Sequence record: MN958086.1
DNA length: 32,000 nucleotides
Direction: 5' to 3' (one strand)
Source: Vibrio phage Bennett
Shown here: piece by piece, positions 1 to 7,428 of the stretch
Position numbering within the stretch: the first letter of the stretch is position 1
Layout: each line of letters begins with the position of its first letter
Made by a program: the position numbers and the translations under genes
Notes under the pieces: generated by a model
Told to the model about the DNA's origin: nothing
The model's database searches: none
The model's input: only the letters and a program-made list of their open reading frames with translations

Positions 1-45
1 CTATATTAGTGATCCCTATATTAGTGATCCCTATATTAGTGCTAG
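1..45. repeat. 15-bp tandem repeat, 2 perfect copies plus a third partial copy (CTATATTAGTGATCC)
   Basis: 1-15 and 16-30 are identical; 31-45 is ctatattagtgctag. The array may extend left of the window. Confidence 0.9.
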
Positions 46-166
46 CTCATAGACTTCTAGACGTCCGTATACCATACTGCAAACCTTTACAGTACACCAT
101 TCTGTATAAAATTTTACCGTATGCCGTCCCGTATATAATATGGCACGATTCTTGCTTATTAAAAAG

Positions 167-237
167 TTATCCACAACTGTATATTTATACATTGCTCTAA
201 AACGCTCTATACAGAGTTATCCACAACCTTATCCACC
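167..237 (+). promoter_or_regulatory. DnaA-box cluster
   Basis: TTATCCACA at 167-175 and 217-225 (perfect consensus), TTATCCACC at 229-237. Confidence 0.75.
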
Positions 238-264
238 GAAAAACTACTGTATATTTATACAGTG
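176..264. repeat. Repeated 18-bp palindrome ACTGTATA-TT-TATACAGT
   Basis: Perfect at 247-264; near-identical at 176-193; a third near-copy at 3302-3319. Confidence 0.8.
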
Positions 265-496
265 CTTATGTCGCAGCATATTATTTCGAATACCGTTTCT
301 AGCGCCTCCTAGCCTCACCACGACGTTTTTGTGTGGTAGCAATGCAAATACACAGGGGAAACCCTACACGCCCATAGCGCCATGTAACACTAGCACGACT
401 TTTACGTGCTGCCGGAGCGGCGCGGTTTTACAGAATGGTGTACGGTAAACGGGTAAACAAAACGGCGTACCGTGACGCCGTAACAGTTTTAATACT

Positions 497-661
497 TTAC
501 CTTTTATTGGATACCTCACACATTATTTGCCACCCTCTCATACTTCTAGTATGGCGAAAACGTAACATATAATATACGGCGTCAAATCTTTGCATCCATC
601 TAGCTCTTGGGTTTTGGGCTAAAAAATGCTTTCTAATATGTTTAGCTGTATCTACTAGCAT
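497..661 (-). CDS. Small hypothetical protein (54 aa: MLVDTAKHIRKHFLAQNPRARWMQRFDAVYYMLRFRHTRSMRGWQIMCEVSNKR), below the ORF-track cutoff
   Basis: Manual translation of the minus strand; ATG directly abuts the stop codon of the upstream ORF (TAA ATG), with GGAGGTGGAG just upstream as SD. Confidence 0.55.
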   Translation of the reverse strand: MLVDTAKHIRKHFLAQNPRARWMQRFDAVYYMLRFRHTRSMRGWQIMCEVSNKR

Positions 662-841
662 TTACTCCACCTCCACCGGATAAAGTTTGTTTACTACAGC
701 GTACGCCATACCGTTTTCATCTTGCCACACTTGACCAAATTCATTAGTTTCTACATGCTTCAAAATCATAGGCACAATATGACCATTATGCATAATATTG
801 CACATCCAAGTTTGTCCTAGTGTCATAACGTGAACGCTCAT
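662..841 (-). CDS. Small hypothetical protein (59 aa: MSVHVMTLGQTWMCNIMHNGHIVPMILKHVETNEFGQVWQDENGMAYAVVNKLYPVEVE)
   Basis: Manual translation of the minus strand; coupled to the 497-661 ORF. Confidence 0.55.
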   Translation of the reverse strand: MSVHVMTLGQTWMCNIMHNGHIVPMILKHVETNEFGQVWQDENGMAYAVVNKLYPVEVE

Positions 842-946
842 TTTAAAATCACCAAAATTTTATTATAGTCCATACGTACCGTAAAAAACGGTTTGCCGTT
901 TCTAGCAGCCCATAGCAAAGCAGTTGCATAGTTATCAAATTCCATA

Positions 947-1177
947 CTAATAATGTGTCGGTAGGTTAAGTCTTAACAATCCATTGCGAACACCAAAACA
1001 TAGGTGCTTAGATTCTACAGGTTCAAGCTCGCAAGGGTAGCACATAAAAGACTCACCGCAAAAAACATACGGGGATACTACAGAAATATAACTCCCGTCA
1101 ATGGCTACAATAACACCACATTTGCCGTTAGTATCTTTGCAGCGACCTTTTACTTTTACAATTTGGTTAACTTTCAT
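947..1177 (-). CDS. Small Cys-containing hypothetical protein (76 aa)
   Basis: ORF in the leftward cluster; GGAG upstream of ATG. Confidence 0.6.
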   Translation of the reverse strand: MKVNQIVKVKGRCKDTNGKCGVIVAIDGSYISVVSPYVFCGESFMCYPCELEPVESKHLCFGVRNGLLRLNLPTHY

Positions 1178-1248
1178 TTAAGGGTACTCCGTAGGGTAAA
1201 GGGTACGTATGCCGTACCCTAAAGCCGTTAACACAATGATTACACTAA

Positions 1249-1551
1249 TCATGCCAATTCTCGAATCATATCACGTAATAAATCGGCGTCCGCATCATTG
1301 CAGTATATAAACCCGTAACCGTTACCACCGTCATGTGGGGCAACTTCTTTTAATACTTGAGATACAGTATGGTGTTTTGCTAGTATGCCTGTTTTTATAC
1401 AGTGTAGCGTTCGCTTCCCTAGCAAGTCACCAGATTTTTGTAGTGTGATTTCTCCATCACTCCATAACTGGTACACCATACCGTTTCGTGCTGCTAGGTC
1501 GTCGTTGTTAGCAGATACAAATTTTTCTGTTAATTCTGTAATAGTAATCAT
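1249..1551 (-). CDS. Hypothetical protein (100 aa)
   Basis: ORF with GAGG SD (gaggtattagcgATG). Confidence 0.65.
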   Translation of the reverse strand: MITITELTEKFVSANNDDLAARNGMVYQLWSDGEITLQKSGDLLGKRTLHCIKTGILAKHHTVSQVLKEVAPHDGGNGYGFIYCNDADADLLRDMIRELA

Positions 1552-1566
1552 CGCTAATACCTCGTA

Positions 1567-1887
1567 TTATATCCCTAGCCAGCCGTTTTCGAATCGTGCG
1601 CCCTCAAAAATAGCCCACCATGTTAACAAGTCAGCCCTAGCGTATTGGTACAGCATACCGCCATTAGTCGCGCCATTAGCAAAAGCTATAGCATACGCTA
1701 AAACTTTAGCTTTTAACACGTCCTCGACATCATTAAAAAGGCTGATATTTCGAGTAATTTCGAAATGGTATTCTTTGTTGCTCAAAAAGCATTGAGCCAT
1801 TTCTAGACGTTTACTCATTGGAGTATCTGCGTTCAGTTGGTACGCTGTACTGATTTTTGGTTGTTCTAAAAATTGTTGGTATGACAT
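1567..1887 (-). CDS. Hypothetical protein (106 aa)
   Basis: ORF with leader ACCGCTTTAAGCGAGGGCAACAAAATG and a promoter-like sequence upstream. Confidence 0.7.
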   Translation of the reverse strand: MSYQQFLEQPKISTAYQLNADTPMSKRLEMAQCFLSNKEYHFEITRNISLFNDVEDVLKAKVLAYAIAFANGATNGGMLYQYARADLLTWWAIFEGARFENGWLGI

Positions 1888-1918
1888 TTTGTTGCCCTCG
1901 CTTAAAGCGGTAATTATT

Positions 1919-1967
1919 GTCTAGGTCTTAATAATACCAAAACCTAGACATAGTGTAAAGTGATTTA
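1919..1967 (-). promoter_or_regulatory. Predicted leftward sigma70-like promoter TTTACA-N17-TATTAT with flanking 8-bp inverted repeat GTCTAGGT/ACCTAGAC (1919-1926 / 1942-1949)
   Basis: Minus-strand sequence ctttacactatgtctaggttttggtattattaagacctagac. Confidence 0.55.
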
Positions 1968-1977
1968 GGTCACACTT

Positions 1978-2286
1978 TTAAACAGGGTTATAATCAATTT
2001 GATCAATACCAATTTCACGCCATACCATAGACTTATCATCATAGCCCCAACCGTCTAGAAGCTCAAGAATTGCGCTACGTTCACGGCGGTCATATAAACC
2101 CAAGATATGCATCTCATCGTTATAGATAGTTACACCATAGGCAGGATGAACAACCATAATGATAGATTCATCATTATCAAGATACCATAGAGTTTCACTA
2201 GGATCTTCAACTATATTATTTAGCGGTAGGGCGTCCAGTATAGTATCTAGACTGAGTAACAAAGTTTTTTCTTTTAGGTTAAACAT
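1978..2286 (-). CDS. Acidic hypothetical protein (102 aa from MFNLKEKT)
   Basis: Start chosen at 2286 rather than 2307 because GGAGGttgttaaaaATG gives a good SD; overlaps the stop of the upstream ORF. Confidence 0.65.
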   Translation of the reverse strand: MFNLKEKTLLLSLDTILDALPLNNIVEDPSETLWYLDNDESIIMVVHPAYGVTIYNDEMHILGLYDRRERSAILELLDGWGYDDKSMVWREIGIDQIDYNPV

Positions 2287-2575
2287 TTTTAACAACCTCC
2301 GCAACAACTACTTTCACGGGTACTACTTGAGTGCTACTATCAATATAGTGGTCGTGGCGTACGTCACCATATTCCGGTAACACCATATTAGTTGTTTTGG
2401 GTACTAGTGGCACGAAAAAGATGTCGTTGTCATCTTCACTATATACACACACCGCAACTAGAACATTTTTAATATCTAGTTCATCGCCATACCTAACAAA
2501 AGCATCCCCAAATTTTAACGTATCCGCTTGGATGCACTCAGTCTCACTTTTATGATTCTCAACAGTTACAAACAT
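2279..2575 (-). CDS. Hypothetical protein (98 aa)
   Basis: ORF with GGAG SD (tggagatgttaaATG). Confidence 0.65.
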   Translation of the reverse strand: MFVTVENHKSETECIQADTLKFGDAFVRYGDELDIKNVLVAVCVYSEDDNDIFFVPLVPKTTNMVLPEYGDVRHDHYIDSSTQVVPVKVVVAEVVKNV

Positions 2576-2650
2576 TTAACATCTCCAGTAAGGGTAAAAA
2601 CCAACCAATAGGGCTAAACAAAACGCTACACTGCAAACTAGTTCAAGCAT
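2576..2650 (-). CDS. Possible hydrophobic microprotein (24 aa: MLELVCSVAFCLALLVGFYPYWRC)
   Basis: Manual translation; stop codon abuts the ATG of the 2279-2575 gene (TAA ATG). Confidence 0.35.
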   Translation of the reverse strand: MLELVCSVAFCLALLVGFYPYWRC

Positions 2651-2760
2651 GTTATACCTACCTTATTAAGTAGTTTATCAAGTGTCGCAGCACTAGCAAC
2701 AAATTCGCCAGTTTCAATACTGACACACCACCAAATAACATCAAAAAACATACGGTACAT
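2638..2760 (-). CDS. Possible small protein (40 aa: MYRMFFDVIWWCVSIETGEFVASAATLDKLLNKVGITCLN)
   Basis: Manual translation; strong SD GGAGGGcgttacaATG. Confidence 0.45.
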   Translation of the reverse strand: MYRMFFDVIWWCVSIETGEFVASAATLDKLLNKVGITCLN

Positions 2761-3016
2761 TGTAACGCCCTCCTATTGGGTAGGACTTAATCATACTAAA
2801 TCTAGACCAAAAGTCTAATAACATTTAGTTATATCCACCAGCATTCTAGTTATAAGCGCTGTAAGCCGTTATAAGAGGTTCTAGCAAAAAGCCTTGTTTT
2901 AGTATGCCTTACTTGTAGATAACCACTCACAACGGATTCTAGAGCCTAGGAACGCCATTCTATATCTGATAAGCTGTGATTTAGTGTAGATAAAACCCGT
3001 TTTCCTGTTAGTATAT

Positions 3017-3080
3017 TGTGGATAACCAGTAGATATACAGTATTATTAGAACTTGCTAATGTGCATAAGTCTGTGTATAA
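3017..3080 (-). promoter_or_regulatory. Second DnaA-box cluster, opposite orientation
   Basis: Minus-strand matches to TTATNCACA: TTATCCACA (3017-3025), TTATGCACA (3060-3068), TTATACACA (3072-3080). Confidence 0.65.
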
Positions 3081-3286
3081 AAAGTTGGCACGAAAATTTC
3101 CTAATATATAAATCAAGAAATATTTTGCTATATAATATAACTAGAAATTCTTTGACAAGCTCAAAAATCTATGAATCGAGTTATGCATGAAAGTGACTAA
3201 ATATGCAGTTTTTTAGCTAAAAGTGCATAAACGATTTACTAAGGCATCACTACCGCTAAGGGCTAAAATTGCTGAGAATCGCATAC

Positions 3287-3319
3287 AGAGCGTTTTAGAG
3301 CTATGTATATTTATACAGT
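3287..3319. repeat. Distal arm of a long-range inverted repeat
   Basis: AGAGCGTTTTAGAGCTATGTATATTTATACAGT (3287-3319) is nearly the reverse complement of the segment at about 176-208 (actgtatatttatacattgctctaaaacgctct). Confidence 0.75.
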
Positions 3320-3535
3320 GGTTTTCATGTTGGCATGGTTATTGCTACGCGTGCGCGTTTCTTTTATATTTTAGGCAAAAAATCCCCTGATAGATAAAAC
3401 CTATCAATAAGCAAAAAAGAAAAGATTTAAACGATTAGACTATAATCCTAGATTCGCTATTATATACCCATACCGCAACAACACGGCGGGACAGAAAAGC
3501 TTGAAAAGCTCTTCGAAAAAAGTTGAAAAAAGTTG

Positions 3536-3564
3536 TTGACACACTAAGCGGCTTTTGAGATACT
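3536..3564 (+). promoter_or_regulatory. Strong promoter TTGACA-N17-GATACT with A-tract upstream region
   Basis: TTGACA 3536-3541, GATACT 3559-3564; upstream gaaaagcttgaaaagctcttcgaaaaaagttgaaaaaag resembles rRNA-promoter UP elements. Confidence 0.75.
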
Positions 3565-3585
3565 AACAACGTCCCCAAGGGGGCA

Positions 3586-3595
3586 CGCTCTTTAA
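3586..3595 (+). promoter_or_regulatory. boxA-like antitermination element CGCTCTTTAA
   Basis: Matches the core rrn/lambda boxA (YGCTCTTTA) a few nt downstream of the predicted transcription start. Confidence 0.5.
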
Positions 3596-3685
3596 GGCAG
3601 TAAGACGGAATGCAGTGATGCATCGAATGCCTAGACAATTTGGAAAATGCGATTTGACCCATTGCTTACTTGATTGGATTGTTTG

Positions 3686-3737
3686 AGTATTAACCGTTAG
3701 CCGATTCATAGCGAGTCGGTTAACTGAGAAATACTCT
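3686..3737 (+). promoter_or_regulatory. Extended 5'UTR stem-loop
   Basis: Outer stem GAGTATT/AATACTC (3686-3692 / 3731-3737); inner stem GTTAGCCGA/TCGGTTAAC (3697-3705 / 3717-3725, one G-U). Confidence 0.55.
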
Positions 3738-3769
3738 CATTTAAACTAACCTATTAAGAGGAAAATATC

Positions 3770-4207
3770 ATGGCTAAAAAATGGACAGAAGAAATGGCGG
3801 AAAAAGCAGCAACTCTTTACACTGCTAAACTTGAAGCGGAAGGTAAAGACGCAGCAGCTCACACAGATTTTCTTGACACTATCGCGGTAGAAGTTGAGGC
3901 GGTATCAGGTAAAGCGGTTCGCTCAAAACTTACTGTTATGGGTGTTTACCAAAAACCGGACGCCGTTGCAAGTGTAGCTAAAACCAACACGGTACGTAAA
4001 GAACACTATGTTCGTGCTCTAGCTCATACGCTTGGTTTAGATTCTGACGATTTGGACAGCTTGAAAAACGCTAAAATGTCAGCCCTAGCCGATTTAGCTC
4101 AAGCGATTGGTATCACTGACATTCAAGCAGCAAGCGCAAAAGATTACAAACCGGATTTAGAAAAGGTTTGTGAAGCTTTCGAAAATGCCCGTGGTCTAGA
4201 CCTATAA
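3770..4207 (+). CDS. Pre-early-region hypothetical protein (145 aa)
   Basis: ORF with AGAGGAAAATATC-ATG; first gene after the 3536 promoter. Confidence 0.85.
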   Translation: MAKKWTEEMAEKAATLYTAKLEAEGKDAAAHTDFLDTIAVEVEAVSGKAVRSKLTVMGVYQKPDAVASVAKTNTVRKEHYVRALAHTLGLDSDDLDSLKNAKMSALADLAQAIGITDIQAASAKDYKPDLEKVCEAFENARGLDL

Positions 4208-4220
4208 CCAACGCCTAAAC

Positions 4221-4246
4221 AATTAGGGGGAATTATCCCCCTAATT
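4221..4246 (+). terminator. Perfect hairpin AATTAGGGGG-AATTAT-CCCCCTAATT after the first rightward gene
   Basis: 10-bp perfect stem; no clean U-tract, so termination is uncertain. Confidence 0.5.
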
Positions 4247-4282
4247 TACAGTGTAAATTTAAACAAGTTTACACTGTAAATT
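4243..4282. promoter_or_regulatory. Twin operator-like palindromes / 15-bp inverted repeat
   Basis: AATTTACAGTGTAAA (4243-4257) and TTTACACTGTAAATT (4268-4282) are perfect reverse complements; each also contains TTTACA-N-TGTAAA. Confidence 0.65.
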
Positions 4283-4306
4283 AACCCATAAATGGAGAGT
4301 AAAACA

Positions 4307-4660
4307 ATGGCTAAGATTAGTATTAAATCACTGTTAAACAACGGCAGCGCAAAACAAGAACTACAAAACAAAGTTGAAAAACTAACAGGTGTTAGTTTTA
4401 ATTGGCGTCCAAATAGCCGTATTTCTGGGCGTACACTGCAAGCCGTCATTGATTTAGCGGAGTATAAAACACCGCTATTTAATGAAAGTGAAATTGATTC
4501 ACTACGCTATGAAAACAAAGCAGCAAAAACAGTAGTTATGGGAATGTTGTGTGAAGCTCTAGAAATCAGTGACCTAGAACAACGTAAAGCAATTATGACG
4601 ATTGCGAGTTGTTCAAGTGCAGATGATTTTGTTACTAAAGTTCTATTCATGTTCTGTTAA
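4307..4660 (+). CDS. Pre-early-region hypothetical protein (117 aa from MAKISIKSLL)
   Basis: GGAGAGTAAAACA-ATG supports the start at 4307 over 4292. Confidence 0.8.
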   Translation: MAKISIKSLLNNGSAKQELQNKVEKLTGVSFNWRPNSRISGRTLQAVIDLAEYKTPLFNESEIDSLRYENKAAKTVVMGMLCEALEISDLEQRKAIMTIASCSSADDFVTKVLFMFC

Positions 4661-4667
4661 TCGGGAT

Positions 4668-4711
4668 AAAATATTCTAGGGCATTCTAGCGAGTGCCTTA
4701 GTTAATATTTT
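4668..4711 (+). terminator. Bipartite hairpin upstream of the A1-like gene
   Basis: AAAATATT/AATATTTT (4668-4675 / 4704-4711) enclosing AGGGCA/TGCCTT (4678-4683 / 4694-4699). Confidence 0.4.
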
Positions 4712-4735
4712 TAACCGCAAAAGCGAGTATATACA

Positions 4736-6400
4736 ATGAAACAAGTTAACGAAGTAATCACAGCAAACGCAGCAGCAATCATTAAAGCGGCAAAAGGTCT
4801 TAATTTTTGGGGCAAACGCCTAGACTCAAAACGCCGTGAAATTGCTATCTCGATTCGTGATTCTCTTAAAATCACTATCCATTCTAGTGAGCTTATTGAT
4901 TGGCTAGATGATAACAAGCCAGTTAAACCAGTAAAAGCAAAAAGTCACTCGCAGCAAGCAAAAGCTGACATTGAACCTACTTTTGCAGGTTCAATCAATG
5001 GCCGTGATTTTGACAACCTAGACGACGGTTTATATATCTTAACGGCAGGACAGAACAACACAAAACCGCATCCAGTCTTAAATACTCTATTAGCAATTGC
5101 TAATGAGCGTGATGCAGAATTTGGTGTTATGCCGATTAAATATACAACCGTGCTACAGGGACGTGAGCGCAAAGAGCCTAAGTATCACGCAGATATTAAA
5201 AAGCATATTCTTGAGCCTGTTGATACTTGGTTAGGTGGTGAAGGTAACGTGCTACTAGCTAACAGTGCTCAGATTCTCCCAACTGCAAAACAGCCAATTA
5301 ACGCAGCCGAGCGACTAAATACAGGTGAATCATTAACTATTGTTGCTAGTCCTCGTCGCCAGACTAAAACCCTACCACGTCAAAAGAATGGTGCTTTCCG
5401 TTGGGTTTATACAACAGGTGTTTGTACTCAAATGCATTACACTGACAGCCGAGCAGGGGCAGAAGCAGAAGCAGAACACTGTTTTGGTGGTGTGTTAATT
5501 GAAGTTCGAGACGGTCTAATCAATCACCGCCGTTTAGTAGCTGACGAAAACGGCGTTATTATTGATAATGGTTCGGTGTACTTCCCTGACGGCACTATCA
5601 AAGCTTACAATGATGTTTTTGAGCAAAAGCCTGTTATCGTGCTAGGTGATTTGCATTGTGAGAAAATGTGCGAAGACTCATTTAACCGTGCATTGCGCCA
5701 GATTCACAACGAAAACCCATCATTGGTAGTGGTTCACGATGCGCTTGATTTTATGAGCCGTAACCACCACAACCGCGAGGACTGGACATTCTTATACCAA
5801 ATGCAAGACCGTGCAGTAATCGACGATTTAACCGATGTAATCAATCACCTAAACCAGATTGCAGAATACGCGCCCGTTTTCATTGTTGAATCAAACCATG
5901 ATTTAGCTCTAGATTCTTGGGTACGTGATAATAAATTCGATGTACGCAAAGACCCGAAAAACGCCCGTACTTATCACGCTCTAATGCTTGCTTACATTGA
6001 AGCGATGGACAACGGCGAATTAAACGACCTTGCAAAAATGGATTTAGCATTCAGAGCACTAGCTGACAAGCTACCAGAGTTAAGCGATGATATCGAGTTC
6101 GGTAAAATCGACTCACAACGTCTAGTATTTGGTTATGATGTTTCTATGCATGGTCATGTTGGTACAGGTGGAGCGCGTGGCTCAGCAGTATCATTCAAAA
6201 AGATGCGCATCAAAACTGTAACAGGTCACACACATTCACCTTTTGAAGATAACAATAATATTGTTGTTGGTGTAACTGGCTCTATGGAGATGGGTTATAA
6301 CAAAGGTGGTACAACTTGGGACAGAGCAAACGCAGTTATTTACCCTAACTCAACTCACCAACTACTACCAACCTACCTAATCGGTGAAGCTCAATACTAA
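4736..6400 (+). CDS. A1: T5 A1-like protein with metallophosphoesterase domain (first-step-transfer/pre-early protein), 554 aa
   Basis: Metallophosphoesterase motifs VLGDLHC, VESNHDLA, MHGHVG, VTGHTHSP in the C-terminal half; size and location next to a Dmp-like gene match T5 A1. Confidence 0.8.
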   Translation: MKQVNEVITANAAAIIKAAKGLNFWGKRLDSKRREIAISIRDSLKITIHSSELIDWLDDNKPVKPVKAKSHSQQAKADIEPTFAGSINGRDFDNLDDGLYILTAGQNNTKPHPVLNTLLAIANERDAEFGVMPIKYTTVLQGRERKEPKYHADIKKHILEPVDTWLGGEGNVLLANSAQILPTAKQPINAAERLNTGESLTIVASPRRQTKTLPRQKNGAFRWVYTTGVCTQMHYTDSRAGAEAEAEHCFGGVLIEVRDGLINHRRLVADENGVIIDNGSVYFPDGTIKAYNDVFEQKPVIVLGDLHCEKMCEDSFNRALRQIHNENPSLVVVHDALDFMSRNHHNREDWTFLYQMQDRAVIDDLTDVINHLNQIAEYAPVFIVESNHDLALDSWVRDNKFDVRKDPKNARTYHALMLAYIEAMDNGELNDLAKMDLAFRALADKLPELSDDIEFGKIDSQRLVFGYDVSMHGHVGTGGARGSAVSFKKMRIKTVTGHTHSPFEDNNNIVVGVTGSMEMGYNKGGTTWDRANAVIYPNSTHQLLPTYLIGEAQY

Positions 6401-6413
6401 TTAGTGTTTTATT

Positions 6414-6439
6414 AATAGGCTATCAATTGATAGCCTATT
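6414..6439. terminator. Perfect 26-bp palindrome AATAGGCTATCAATTGATAGCCTATT
   Basis: Reverse complement identical over 26 nt; located in the A1-like 3' intergenic gap. Confidence 0.55.
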
Positions 6440-6465
6440 GCTGAACCCACTAAGAGAGAAAAGCC

Positions 6466-6687
6466 ATGAAAAGCACACAAATTAAACTCGCAAATGTACT
6501 AGCTAGCTACTACGGTATGAAAACAAAGAACCCTACCAAAGCTAAAAAACATCTAGTACAGTTTATGAAAAAGCATGAACTAACTATGCTAGACGTACAG
6601 AATGCAATGCCTTTTGCCCGTGTCATTATTCAAAAACGTACTGATGCATTTATGAACGGCAGCACTACAGCACGATTGAACGATTAA
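6466..6687 (+). CDS. Small hypothetical protein (73 aa)
   Basis: ORF with aagagagaaaagccATG. Confidence 0.7.
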   Translation: MKSTQIKLANVLASYYGMKTKNPTKAKKHLVQFMKKHELTMLDVQNAMPFARVIIQKRTDAFMNGSTTARLND

Positions 6688-6709
6688 CATTCACTAGCAC
6701 ATAAACTAC

Positions 6710-6738
6710 GTGGCGGGCGCAAATGTGATGCCCGTCAC
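6710..6738 (+). terminator. Hairpin GTGGCGGGC/GCCCGTCAC followed by ACTTTTAC
   Basis: 9-bp stem with one G-U, 11-nt loop, partial T-tract. Confidence 0.5.
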
Positions 6739-6772
6739 ACTTTTACTTAACCGCATAAGCGAGGATTTACCC

Positions 6773-7411
6773 ATGAAAAAAGCATACATATTTGACCTAG
6801 ACGGCACAACAATTGATTCTTTTCACCGTGTTGAGCCATGCCTAGATTCACAAGGCAATCTAAACCTTGATAAATATATTAAGGAAGCTTGCACCCCTGA
6901 AAAGGTAGCCAATGACAAGCTGTTACCACTTGCCGGATACATGCAACAACTAATCAAACAGGGTGAACTTGTTATCATCCTAACAGCTCGTTACATGCTT
7001 AATCACGATTATGTTTACCTACGCCGTAACCAATTGAGAACGCCTATCATTTGCAGCCGTGACCAATTGAGCCGTGTATTTGGTGAAGGTAATGCAGCCC
7101 GTATCAGTGCAATGTCAGATGCACCATACAAGCAACAATGGTTTGAGCATCTATTTGCTAGTATGCCACATGTTACAGAATGGTGTTTCTTTGACGACCA
7201 CGACGGTATATTAGAAATGGCTAATTCATTAAAAGGTGTAACAGCTACCGACGCTAAATTGATGAATCAACTGTTAGAAATGCAATGGGCTGACATTTAC
7301 CGCCAAGGCGAACAAGACACCGCCGAGTTGATTCAAGACCTAATCGCTGAATGTTCACATCAAGACGTGATTATCAAACCGGAATGGATTGATGAGCTTT
7401 TAGCTGAATAA
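6773..7411 (+). CDS. dmp: HAD-superfamily phosphatase, T5 Dmp-like 5'-deoxyribonucleotidase (212 aa from MKKAYIFDLDGTT)
   Basis: HAD motif I FDLDGTTIDS, motif II ILTARY, C-terminal FFDDHDG; start at 6773 supported by GCGAGGATTTACCC-ATG. Confidence 0.75.
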   Translation: MKKAYIFDLDGTTIDSFHRVEPCLDSQGNLNLDKYIKEACTPEKVANDKLLPLAGYMQQLIKQGELVIILTARYMLNHDYVYLRRNQLRTPIICSRDQLSRVFGEGNAARISAMSDAPYKQQWFEHLFASMPHVTEWCFFDDHDGILEMANSLKGVTATDAKLMNQLLEMQWADIYRQGEQDTAELIQDLIAECSHQDVIIKPEWIDELLAE

Positions 7412-7428
7412 TTAAAGAAAAGCTGTAC

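Noticed and set aside
1-45. Possible CRISPR-like repeat
   Set aside because: The 15-bp units are directly adjacent with no spacers; this is a simple tandem repeat.
140-448. 102-aa plus-strand ORF
   Set aside because: It runs through DnaA boxes and palindromic repeats, shows Pro/Ser-rich noise composition, and has no SD.
1385-1795. 136-aa plus-strand ORF
   Set aside because: It is antisense to two better-supported minus-strand ORFs with SD sequences.
3601-3660. Possible tRNA or rRNA fragment downstream of the rRNA-like promoter
   Set aside because: No cloverleaf and no sustained rRNA match could be identified by eye; only short leader/spacer-like similarity.
3435-3662. 75-aa minus-strand ORF
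   Set aside because: It overlaps the strong rightward promoter and boxA-like leader, lacks a convincing SD, and has low-complexity composition.
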